A stretch of DNA of 64,000 nucleotides from contig JACREQ010000111.1 in assembly GCA_016218155.1 (NCBI GenBank), positions 31,035 to 95,034 on the forward strand, in the 5' to 3' direction. This DNA comes from Bacteroidia bacterium (GTDB lineage: Bacteria > Bacteroidota > Bacteroidia > Bacteroidales > GWA2-32-17). The notes under the pieces were generated by a model. It saw only the letters and a program-made list of their open reading frames with translations, ran no database searches and was not told the DNA's origin. The position numbers were made by a program, and so were the translations under genes. Position 1 is the stretch's first letter, and each line of letters starts with the position of its first letter. This document shows positions 15,912 through 24,708 of this stretch, piece after piece.

Positions 15912-18872
15912 TTATAATTTCTTCTTTACTTCAAATTCTTTGAAAGCTTCAACTATATCGCCAACTTTAATATCATTAAAGCGATCAATATTTAATCCGC
16001 AATCTAATCCTGAAGCAACTTCTTTAACATCGTCTTTAAAACGTTTAAGTGAGCCAAGTTCTCCAGTATAAACAACAATACCATCACGGATTACGCGCAT
16101 TTTTGCAGTACGGTATATTTTTCCTTCGTTAACCATACATCCTGCAATTGTGCCAACTTTTCCGATTTTGAAAACTTGTCTGATTTCTGCTGATCCAAGA
16201 ATTTCTTCTTTAATAACAGGTGAAAGCATACCTTCCATCGCCTGTTTAATTTCTTCGATAGCATCATAAATAATAGAGTAAAGACGAATCTGAATTTCTT
16301 CTTTTTCGGCAAGTTTACGTGCATTTACAGATGGGCGAACCTGGAATCCGATAATTACAGCATTTGAAGCAGCTGCTAACATAATATCTGATTCTGAAAT
16401 CTGACCTACTGCTTTATGTATAACATTAACCTGAATTTCTTCGTTACTCAATTTTATTAATGAATCGCTTAATGCTTCTATTGATCCGTCAACGTCACCT
16501 TTTACAATAACATTAAGTTCTTTAAAATTACCAATAGCTAAACGACGACCAATTTCTTCGAGTGTAATATGTTTTTGAGTACGTAAGCCCTGTTCACGTA
16601 AAATCTGCATACGTTTGTTTGCAATTTCTCTGGCTTCCTGTTCGGTTTTTAATACGTTAAATTTATCACCAGCCTGAGGAGCACCATTAAGTCCAAGAAT
16701 CTGTACCGGCATTGATGGACCTGCTTCTTTAAGCTTCATGTTACGTTCATTAAACATTGCTTTAATTCTGCCATAGTATGAACCTGCAAGAACAATGTCA
16801 CCAACGTGTAAAGTACCAGCATTCACTAATAAATTTGAAATATATCCACGACCTTTATCCAACGATGACTCAATAACAACACCAGCAGCTTCGCGATTTG
16901 GGTTAGCTTTTAAATCTAACATATCAGCTTCAAGAATAACTTTATCAAGAAGTAGTGCTACGTTAGTTCCTGGTTTTGCGGCTATTTCCTGAGACTGGTA
17001 TTTGCCACCCCATTCTTCAACCAACAAATTCATTTTAGATAATTCTTCACGAATCTTTTCCGGATTAGCACCAGGCTTATCAATTTTATTAATTGCAAAA
17101 ACCATTGGCACGTTTGCGGCCTGAGCATGATTAATTGCTTCAACAGTCTGAGGTTTTACGCCATCATCCGCAGCAATAACAATAATCGTAACATCAGTCA
17201 GCTGAGCACCACGTGCACGCATCGCGGTAAACGCTTCGTGACCAGGAGTATCAAGGAAAGTAATAATTCTTCCACTTTCGTGTCTTACACTATAAGCTCC
17301 AATGTGCTGTGTTATACCACCGGCCTCACCTGCAACAACATTAGTATTTCGGATATAATCCAATAATTTTGTTTTTCCATGATCAACGTGTCCCATTACC
17401 GTAACAATAGGTGGACGAGGAATTAAGTCTTCAGGTTTATCAACAACTTCCTCAACCATATCGGCCTGAACTTCTAATGTAATAAATTCAACGGTAAAAC
17501 CAAATTCATCGGCAATAGCCGACAATGACTCAGCATCCAGACGTTGATTTATAGAAACAAATAAGCCTAAATTCATACAGGTTAAAATCACATCATTTGC
17601 AGGTACATTCATTAATGTAGCAAGTTCGTTTACAGAAACGAATTCAGTGATTTTAAGAATATTCTTTTCTTCTTCCAAACGATCCATTTCATCCTGCATC
17701 TTCTGGCTGACAGCATCACGCTTTTCACGACGATACTTAGAAGTTGTAGTTTTTCCTTTTCCACCAGCTAAAGAAGCCAATGTATCTTTTACATTGCGAT
17801 CTACTTCTTCTGTGTCAATTTCATTTCGATGTGGTCGTTTTTTATCGCCTTTTTTTCTTAATTTAGAACCACCACCAACTGATGGTAATACAGGAGCATC
17901 AGTTTTTACATCACCAGCTTTTACAAGATTAATTCTCTTACGTTTTTTCTTCTTTCTGGAATCGGCAGCATTATAATCAGAAGAAGAACCTGCTGGTTTT
18001 TGCTTTTTCTCTAATTTTAAAGGAACTTCAGCTGCAAGTTCTATTTTACCTACAATGTTTGGACCTGATAATTTTTTTATTGCAGGACGATATACTTCTG
18101 CATCTTTTTTGGTTTCAACAACCGTGTCAATAATTTCTTCTTCAAATTTTTGTTCAGGAATAACCTCTTCGGTAGTATGTTCTTCTTTTTTAGAAGATGG
18201 TTTTTCGTTGCCTTTATATTTTTGTTTACCTGTCTTTTTTGTTGGTTTCGTTTTCTGGTTTAAACTAGCTAAATCAAGTGTTCCAACTATCTTAATATTA
18301 CCTTCAATATTATCAACCTTTGTTGAGTAAATTTCAACTTCTTTTTTCTCAGCTTTCTTTTCTACTTCCTTTTCTTTCTTTGGTTCTGCCTCGGGAGCTT
18401 TCTTTTCTTCTTTTACTACCGGCTTTTCTTTTGTTGGAGGTGGAGGTGTTTCGGCAACAGGTTTTTGTTTTGGTTTTGGTTTATCTAATTCAATTTTACC
18501 AATAATTTTAATCTGAGGTTCAACAGGTTTGCTGAAATTCTTGATAATTAATTCGTCCTGTTCAGCAGGTTCATTTTCTGTTTCCTTCTCTAATTCTGCA
18601 GCTTTTTTATTAATGTCATCAATTGTGATTGATGCATTGCGCTCATTAGTTTTTAAATTAATTTCTGCCGATTTCTTCTTGATATTGCTATCAGAATTGT
18701 ACTCTACAAGTAGAGCATCATACATTTCCTGCGAAATTTTTGCATTAGGATTAATCTCTACTTTGTATCCTTTTTTATGCAAATAGTCAACAATGGTCTG
18801 AATTCCAACATTCAGCTCCTTTGCAACTTTATTTAATCGCATTGCCTTAATTTCTTCTGTCATATCCGGCAC
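15912..18872 (-). CDS. infB: translation initiation factor IF-2
   Basis: 986 aa. G-domain motifs GHVDHGKT, DTPGH and NKID are present, with a K/E/P-rich N-terminal region. The gene lies downstream of nusA. Confidence 0.97.
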   Translation of the reverse strand: MPDMTEEIKAMRLNKVAKELNVGIQTIVDYLHKKGYKVEINPNAKISQEMYDALLVEYNSDSNIKKKSAEINLKTNERNASITIDDINKKAAELEKETENEPAEQDELIIKNFSKPVEPQIKIIGKIELDKPKPKQKPVAETPPPPTKEKPVVKEEKKAPEAEPKKEKEVEKKAEKKEVEIYSTKVDNIEGNIKIVGTLDLASLNQKTKPTKKTGKQKYKGNEKPSSKKEEHTTEEVIPEQKFEEEIIDTVVETKKDAEVYRPAIKKLSGPNIVGKIELAAEVPLKLEKKQKPAGSSSDYNAADSRKKKKRKRINLVKAGDVKTDAPVLPSVGGGSKLRKKGDKKRPHRNEIDTEEVDRNVKDTLASLAGGKGKTTTSKYRREKRDAVSQKMQDEMDRLEEEKNILKITEFVSVNELATLMNVPANDVILTCMNLGLFVSINQRLDAESLSAIADEFGFTVEFITLEVQADMVEEVVDKPEDLIPRPPIVTVMGHVDHGKTKLLDYIRNTNVVAGEAGGITQHIGAYSVRHESGRIITFLDTPGHEAFTAMRARGAQLTDVTIIVIAADDGVKPQTVEAINHAQAANVPMVFAINKIDKPGANPEKIREELSKMNLLVEEWGGKYQSQEIAAKPGTNVALLLDKVILEADMLDLKANPNREAAGVVIESSLDKGRGYISNLLVNAGTLHVGDIVLAGSYYGRIKAMFNERNMKLKEAGPSMPVQILGLNGAPQAGDKFNVLKTEQEAREIANKRMQILREQGLRTQKHITLEEIGRRLAIGNFKELNVIVKGDVDGSIEALSDSLIKLSNEEIQVNVIHKAVGQISESDIMLAAASNAVIIGFQVRPSVNARKLAEKEEIQIRLYSIIYDAIEEIKQAMEGMLSPVIKEEILGSAEIRQVFKIGKVGTIAGCMVNEGKIYRTAKMRVIRDGIVVYTGELGSLKRFKDDVKEVASGLDCGLNIDRFNDIKVGDIVEAFKEFEVKKKL

Positions 18873-18911
18873 TTTTGTTTCCCTGAAAGGGTTTAAATAT
18901 ATAAAAAAATA

Positions 18912-20147
18912 TTATTCGAATTCTGATTTTACAATATTCACAACATTTTGAATTGTTTCTTCTTCCAAATCGGTACGACGAACCAACTCTTCAATACTAT
19001 GATTTAATATACTTTTTGCAGTATCACATCCAATTTTCTTAAATTCATCGATAACCCATGCATCGATTTCGTCTGAGAATTCGTCAAGGTCAACATCTTC
19101 ATCGTCTTCTTGAACATTTCTGTAAACATCTATTTCGAAACCGGTTAACTGACTTGCAAGACGAATATTTAAACCGCCTTTACCAATTGCAAGTGAAACC
19201 TGATCTGGATCTAAATATACTTCAGCTCTCTTATCGGGGTCAACAATTTTAATGTCGCTGATTTTTGCAGGACTTAAAGCACGCTGAATAAATAAGTTTG
19301 TGTTATTTGTAAAATTAATAACATCAATATTTTCATTTTTCAATTCGCGAACGATACCATGAATACGACTTCCCTTCATACCTACACATGCGCCAACCGG
19401 ATCAATTCTGTCATCATAAGATTCAACTGCCACTTTCGCTCTTTCACCTGGAATACGAACAATTTTCTTGATAGTAATAAGTCCGTCAAAAATCTCTGGA
19501 ACCTCAAGTTCAAAAAGTCTTTCAAGGAATACCGGTGATGTACGAGAAAGAATAATCAGTGGGTTGTTATTTTTCATTTCAACTCTTACAACAACTGCAC
19601 GAACATTATCGCCTTTTCTAAAGAAATCAGAAGGAATCTGTTCTGTTTTAGGCATTATTAATTCATTGCCTTCGTCATCAAGAATAAGAATTTCTTTTTT
19701 CCAGATTTGATATACCTCACCTGAAACAATTTCACCTATTCTATCTTTGTATTTACTGAAAATACTGTCTTTTTCAAGTTCCAGGATTTTAGAAGAAAGA
19801 TTCTGGCGTAAAGCAAGAATAGTACGTCTACCAAAATCTGCGAATTTTACTTCATCAGAAACATCTTCACCCTCTTCATAATCATCATCAATTTTTTTAG
19901 CATCTGATAACGCAATTTGAGTTACAGGATCAGTAAAATCTTCGTCATTAACAACTGTTCTGGTTCTCCAGATTTCAAAGTCACCTTTATCAATGTTAAT
20001 AATGATGTCGAAATTATCTGTTTCGCCAAATTGTTTATTTAATGTACTTCTAAAAACGTCTTCTAACACGCGCATCATAGTTGCCCTGTCGATGTTTTTC
20101 AGATCTTTAAATTCTGCAAAATGTTCTATTAAATTTAAATTTTCCAT
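18912..20147 (-). CDS. nusA: transcription termination/antitermination factor NusA
   Basis: 411 aa. It shows the S1 and two-KH-domain pattern (GACVGMKGSRI, AIGKGGLNIRLAS) and sits between rimP and infB. Confidence 0.95.
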   Translation of the reverse strand: MENLNLIEHFAEFKDLKNIDRATMMRVLEDVFRSTLNKQFGETDNFDIIINIDKGDFEIWRTRTVVNDEDFTDPVTQIALSDAKKIDDDYEEGEDVSDEVKFADFGRRTILALRQNLSSKILELEKDSIFSKYKDRIGEIVSGEVYQIWKKEILILDDEGNELIMPKTEQIPSDFFRKGDNVRAVVVRVEMKNNNPLIILSRTSPVFLERLFELEVPEIFDGLITIKKIVRIPGERAKVAVESYDDRIDPVGACVGMKGSRIHGIVRELKNENIDVINFTNNTNLFIQRALSPAKISDIKIVDPDKRAEVYLDPDQVSLAIGKGGLNIRLASQLTGFEIDVYRNVQEDDEDVDLDEFSDEIDAWVIDEFKKIGCDTAKSILNHSIEELVRRTDLEEETIQNVVNIVKSEFE

Positions 20148-20155
20148 AGTTCTTC

Positions 20156-20623
20156 TTATTTAAAAGAAACAACAATCATTACCGATTTTATATTATTAAA
20201 TTCTATTTCTAATTCTTTCTCTACCAATGCAGTTTTTTTTGTTTCTGCCGATTTTTCTTTCTGACTAAAAGACAATTTTATTGAATTATCGCAAACTTCT
20301 GATAAAACTCCTTTTAATTTCTTACCATCATTTAAAAGTACTTCAGCAGTTTTTCCAACATTTTTCTGATACTGAATTTTATGTGTCAGCGGTTTATCTA
20401 TTCCTGCAGATGAAACAGAAAGCTCGTAATCTTCAACTTCACGGTCAAAATTTTCTTCGATAAATCGACTAACTTTAATACAATCGCCAATTGTAATACC
20501 AGATACGCTTTCGATAAAAACCGTAAAAACATTTACAGGTTTTACCTCAACATCAACTACAATGTAGTCTTTGCCTAAATCAGCATTTGCAGCTACTTTT
20601 TGTATTTTTTCTTTTTCTATCAT
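20156..20623 (-). CDS. rimP: ribosome maturation factor RimP
   Basis: 155 aa ORF immediately upstream of nusA in the conserved rimP-nusA-infB order. It contains the SSAGIDKPL block. Confidence 0.9.
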   Translation of the reverse strand: MIEKEKIQKVAANADLGKDYIVVDVEVKPVNVFTVFIESVSGITIGDCIKVSRFIEENFDREVEDYELSVSSAGIDKPLTHKIQYQKNVGKTAEVLLNDGKKLKGVLSEVCDNSIKLSFSQKEKSAETKKTALVEKELEIEFNNIKSVMIVVSFK

Positions 20624-20636
20624 AAATAATTTAGGC

Positions 20637-20666
20637 TAATAAAACAGGGGACTTTCGGTCCCCTGT
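20637..20666 (-). terminator. terminator-like hairpin plus U-tract inside the rimP-nusA-infB leader (candidate attenuator)
   Basis: The minus strand reads ACAGGGGAC-CGAAA-GTCCCCTGT (9-bp GC-rich stem), followed by TTTTATT. It ends 13 nt before the rimP ATG. Confidence 0.55.
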
Positions 20667-20690
20667 CATATCTTTCCCCTGAATTCGTTG

Positions 20691-20698
20691 CAAAGATA
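20691..20698 (-). promoter_or_regulatory. candidate -7 box (TATCTTTG) for rimP-nusA-infB
   Basis: The minus strand matches TAnnTTTG, about 25 nt upstream of the leader hairpin. Confidence 0.4.
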
Positions 20699-20789
20699 TA
20701 AAAATATTTTTTGATTACAATAATTTTGTAAAAATCTTATTTAATCTACTGGATTTCATACTGCCAAAATAATTATATCATCATTAGGA

Positions 20790-20910
20790 GCCTGTGAAAC
20801 AGGCGTGGTAACTATTTTCTTGCGAAGCAAGAGAATCGTTGTCACGTCACTAATCATGGACTCAAGATGACGTAATTAGATTGCCACATCATTCTTCCTC
20901 GCAATGACAA
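20790..20910. repeat. cluster of nested short hairpins (REP-like intergenic element or small structured RNA)
   Basis: Four hairpins are visible: gcctgt-GAA-acaggc (20790-20804), ttttcttgc-GAA-gcaagagaa (20815-20835), acgtca...tgacgt (20844-20873) and attgc...gcaat (20880-20905). The last two are enclosed by ttgtca (20839-20844) / tgacaa (20905-20910). Confidence 0.3.
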
Positions 20911-20914
20911 ATTA

Positions 20915-22201
20915 TTAAGGATAAAGCAAATACTTTTTTCTTATTTCTTTAAACTTATTTAAATCATTTTGCCATAAAGTTTTAATTTCTGCTTCAGTTT
21001 TTCCTGCTTTTATTAATGGAATAACCTCATCAGTACCTATTAACTTTTGAAAAAAGGGATTAAAGAACGTCTCATTATTCGGCGACATCTTATACATATT
21101 AATGATATACTTTAATGTAAACACAGTATCAGTTGAATTTCTAAGATCGACACCATAGCATTTTTTATTTTCGTACATTGGATTTTTTGCGCCATTTGAA
21201 GATTTTGGAATAAAATGAAAAAGCATTGAATCGAGAAATGGACTCCCTAATACCTGAAAAGGAAACTCAGTACCCCTGCCAACGCTAACGTTTGTTCCTT
21301 CAAACAAACCAAGACTAGGATATAAATATACAGAACGCATATTGGGTAAATTTGGCGAAGGCTTTACAGGTAATGTGTACCTTGTGTTATGATTATAATT
21401 TTTACACTTAACAATTTGCAATTTACATTTAACATTTTTTGCAAGCCATCCTTCTCCGTTTATCATTTGTGCGTATTCTGCAATCGTCATCCCATAAACT
21501 AACGGAACCTGATGCATTCCGACAAATGACTTAAAGCTTGATTTTAAAACCGGTCCGTCTATGTAGTGTATGTTTGGATTTGGCCTGTCTAAAATTAAAA
21601 GTGGAATATTTTTTTCGGCACAAGCTTCCATAACATAGTGCATTGTAGAAATATAAGTATAAAAACGTACTCCCACATCCTGAATATCAAAAACAACTAT
21701 ATCTATACCTTTTAACTGTTCTGGCGACGGCTTTTTGTTTTTACCATATAATGAAATTATTGGCAGACCTGTTTTTTTATCTGTAGTTGAAGAAACAATC
21801 TCTCCTGCATCAGCAGTTCCCCTAAATCCATGTTCTGGACAAAATATCTTTTTAACCAAAATTCCTGCTGAAATTAATGAATCGACTAAATGTGTTTTTT
21901 CAACTAAAGAAGTTTGGTTTGCAACTATTGCAATATTTTTACCTTTGAGAATTGGGAAATATTCTGTGGTCTGATATGCACCAGGGAAAGTCTCTTCAGA
22001 TTTATTTTCATTTTCGGATTGCAAATCCGAATTTATATAATTCGGGATTATAAATCCCGAATAGCTTAGATAGCTCTGAGTACAGGATAAAACCTGTGCA
22101 AAAGAATTAAAACTAAAAAATAAAAACAGGAAACATACCAGTCTTGTTGGAGACAACTTCGACAAGGGCTCTATTTTTTTTGTGTGAAATAGATTATACA
22201 T
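20915..22201 (-). CDS. DUF1343-family protein (NamZ-like exo-beta-N-acetylmuramidase)
   Basis: 428 aa with a signal peptide. Family blocks are CPEHGFRG, DIVVFDIQDVGVRFYTYISTM and LILDRPNP. Confidence 0.8.
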   Translation of the reverse strand: MYNLFHTKKIEPLSKLSPTRLVCFLFLFFSFNSFAQVLSCTQSYLSYSGFIIPNYINSDLQSENENKSEETFPGAYQTTEYFPILKGKNIAIVANQTSLVEKTHLVDSLISAGILVKKIFCPEHGFRGTADAGEIVSSTTDKKTGLPIISLYGKNKKPSPEQLKGIDIVVFDIQDVGVRFYTYISTMHYVMEACAEKNIPLLILDRPNPNIHYIDGPVLKSSFKSFVGMHQVPLVYGMTIAEYAQMINGEGWLAKNVKCKLQIVKCKNYNHNTRYTLPVKPSPNLPNMRSVYLYPSLGLFEGTNVSVGRGTEFPFQVLGSPFLDSMLFHFIPKSSNGAKNPMYENKKCYGVDLRNSTDTVFTLKYIINMYKMSPNNETFFNPFFQKLIGTDEVIPLIKAGKTEAEIKTLWQNDLNKFKEIRKKYLLYP

Positions 22202-22288
22202 TTTACAAAGAATAAATTATTCAAAAATAATGAATGAGTTTGGTTATATACAAAAATTAAACAAATATTAATTTTCAACTGAGTTTAC

Positions 22289-22296
22289 TACTTTTG
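22289..22296 (+). promoter_or_regulatory. candidate -7 box (TACTTTTG) only 5 nt before the start codon
   Basis: TAnnTTTG match. If it is functional, the mRNA would be essentially leaderless. Confidence 0.25.
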
Positions 22297-22301
22297 TTGC
22301 A

Positions 22302-23465
22302 ATGAATAAAATAAATTCCATAATTGAGAATTATCCACCTGAAATGAAGTTTCTGCTTTTATGCTGTGGAAACAACAAATGGAATGCCGCCGACTTTAAG
22401 CAAAAACTTAACTGGGAAATATTCTTAAAATTAGTAAAACGACATAGAATTAATCCCGTTGTTTATGAGTTTACAATTAAAAATACTCATTTATTTCCTG
22501 AAGATATAAAAAAGCAAATTCAGGAATTACAAACTTTAAACTCAAAGCGGATGCTTAGCCTATCTGCCGAAATGATTAGGCTTAATAATCTATTTGACAG
22601 CAAAAATATTACAACTATCCCAATTAAAGGACCAGCATTAGCCTTTCAAATATATAACGATCCGGGAAAACGAAATTCTTTAGACTTGGATTTTTTAATT
22701 AAGCCAACAGATCTAGAGACCATTTCGGGATTAATGATTAATGAAGGATATAAACAAATAAAACCTGATTTTAAACTCAGTCCAAAACAATCAAAAGTTC
22801 ACAAAAAGATTATTCACCATTATTATTTTAAAAATCCTAATACCAATCTACTAGTAGAAATTCATTGGAAACTAATTACACCTTCTTCACTTTTTACTAA
22901 TTCAGAAAAAATGTTTTTTGAATCATTCATCACTTCAAATCCATTTATTAAAATAAAACCCGAACTTTTATTACATTATTTAATAGTACATGGCTCAATG
23001 CACAGATGGTATAAGCTATTTTGGTTAAATGACATACAGGAAATCATTCAGAGCAACAATAATTTTGACTACAATTATTTTAACAAGCTAACTAAATATT
23101 TCGGAGATGAAAGAATGGTAAGTCAAGCTTTATGTTTGATTCAAATAATTTTTAATTGTAACATTCCCAAAGATTTCCAAACATATAACATTAATAAAAG
23201 TATTATAAAATCAGCTTTAAGAGCAATAAATACTGAAGAAGAAAAGCTTCATAAAAGAACTTTTGAAAGAATAATTCGATTTAATTATATCATAAAACTA
23301 AAGGCTGGCTTCAAACATTTTATGTCTTGTTTAAATGCTCCCATGACAAACTATTTAGATTGGAAAACTCTACCTTTACCAGATTATTTATTTTTTCTGT
23401 ACTATCCACTTCGCCCATTTTTATGGTTTTGGTCGGTTTATATTAAAAAAGTTCACTCAGCATGA
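22302..23465 (+). CDS. uncharacterised nucleotidyltransferase-family protein (NTP_transf_5-like)
   Basis: 387 aa. The pattern IKGPALAFQIYNDPGKRNSLDLDFLI...VEIHWKL matches the uncharacterised nucleotidyltransferase family, as far as I can recognise it by eye. Confidence 0.6.
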   Translation: MNKINSIIENYPPEMKFLLLCCGNNKWNAADFKQKLNWEIFLKLVKRHRINPVVYEFTIKNTHLFPEDIKKQIQELQTLNSKRMLSLSAEMIRLNNLFDSKNITTIPIKGPALAFQIYNDPGKRNSLDLDFLIKPTDLETISGLMINEGYKQIKPDFKLSPKQSKVHKKIIHHYYFKNPNTNLLVEIHWKLITPSSLFTNSEKMFFESFITSNPFIKIKPELLLHYLIVHGSMHRWYKLFWLNDIQEIIQSNNNFDYNYFNKLTKYFGDERMVSQALCLIQIIFNCNIPKDFQTYNINKSIIKSALRAINTEEEKLHKRTFERIIRFNYIIKLKAGFKHFMSCLNAPMTNYLDWKTLPLPDYLFFLYYPLRPFLWFWSVYIKKVHSA

Positions 23466-24538
23466 AAATTGCAATAATCGGGACAAGAGGCATACCAAAC
23501 AATTACGGTGGATTTGAGCAATTTGCCGAACAAATTTCGGTAAGGCTTTCAGATTATGGAAACGATGTATATGTTTATAATCCTGCATTTCACACTTATA
23601 AAAACAATCTATACAAGAAAGTAAATATTATTCGCATACCTTGTCGTGAAAATATTTTTGGAAGTGCTGCACACTTTTTATACGATTATTTATGTTACAA
23701 ACATGCAATAAAACAACATGCAGATGTAATTCTGGTATGTGGGTATGGAACATCAGCTCCTGCAATTGCACTTATCAACAAACACCGTACAAAGGTAATT
23801 ACAAACATGGATGGGTTTGAGTGGGAAAGAGCTAAATATAATTCAATTACTAAGAAATTACTTAAATGGTTTGAGAATATTGTTGTAACAAAGTCTGATA
23901 AAATTATTGCAGATCATAAAATAATTCAGGAATATTACAAAAATAAATATAACATATTACCTGAGTACATTTCATATGGAGCAGATATAACTGCAAATTT
24001 TGATGAACTTTCTATTAATACATACGGACTAAAAAAAGATAACTATTTTTTAGTAGTTGCCCGTGACGAACCCGAGAATCAAATTGAATTTATTATAACT
24101 GCCTGGAAAAATTCTCATTCAGAGAAAACATTGTGCATTGTTACAAACATCCGGAAGCTGTCTAAAAAATATTCTGAACAAACTAACATTATTTTCATTA
24201 CAGGTCTATACGATTCGATAAAACTATCTAACCTTCGCCACTTTTCTTTTGCATGTATTCATGGACACACAGTTGGGGGAACTAACCCCTCATTATTAGA
24301 AGCTATGGCAGCAAAATCTTTTATTATTGCACATGATAATTTATTTCATAAAGAACTTTTGGAAAACAATGCATTATTTTTTAATACACCACAATCACTC
24401 ACCAAAATAATAATTGATTATACCAATATTATAGAAAAGAAGAACGTTTCAGTTCAAAACAATCTGACAAAAATTACTAATTTTCATCAATGGGATTTTA
24501 TTACAAATGAATATTTAAAACTTCTCTCCTGTTTATAA
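23462..24538 (+). CDS. glycosyltransferase with a DUF1972 N-domain (GT4, WchF/rhamnosyltransferase-like)
   Basis: 358 aa. The N-terminus MKIAIIGTRGIPNNYGGFEQFAEQ is the DUF1972 signature. The C-terminal GT-B block is HGHTVGGTNPSLLEAMA. The ATGA overlap with the upstream gene suggests translational coupling. Confidence 0.8.
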   Translation: MKIAIIGTRGIPNNYGGFEQFAEQISVRLSDYGNDVYVYNPAFHTYKNNLYKKVNIIRIPCRENIFGSAAHFLYDYLCYKHAIKQHADVILVCGYGTSAPAIALINKHRTKVITNMDGFEWERAKYNSITKKLLKWFENIVVTKSDKIIADHKIIQEYYKNKYNILPEYISYGADITANFDELSINTYGLKKDNYFLVVARDEPENQIEFIITAWKNSHSEKTLCIVTNIRKLSKKYSEQTNIIFITGLYDSIKLSNLRHFSFACIHGHTVGGTNPSLLEAMAAKSFIIAHDNLFHKELLENNALFFNTPQSLTKIIIDYTNIIEKKNVSVQNNLTKITNFHQWDFITNEYLKLLSCL

Positions 24539-24643
24539 AGATTCTTTTATCCGTTATTCTTGCTGTATTTTAAGCATATACATTATCAATAAAAACTGTA
24601 AAAAAATAGAGTAAAATTTTTAACAAAACAAGTATTATTACCT

Positions 24644-24668
24644 GGAACTTTAATATATTTAGTTCGTA
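24644..24668 (+). promoter_or_regulatory. candidate ECF-type promoter GGAAC-N16-CGTA upstream of the first T9SS cargo gene
   Basis: GGAAC at 24644-24648 and CGTAAA from 24665. The motif ends 40 nt before the ATG. A near-identical arrangement lies at 30287-30312. Confidence 0.4.
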
Positions 24669-24708
24669 AAATTATCTTGTTAAAATAAAAACTTGAAAAA
24701 TTAAGGAT

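Noticed and set aside
16091-18786. Series of 60-110-aa ORFs overlapping infB: 16795, 17127, 17647, 18055, 18320 and 18529 on the plus strand, and 16091 in an alternative minus-strand frame
   Set aside because: All lie within the 986-aa IF-2 gene. The plus-strand ORFs are antisense to it, and 16091 is an alternative frame of the same strand. Their S/F/L-rich low-complexity translations mirror the K/E-rich IF-2 N-terminus.
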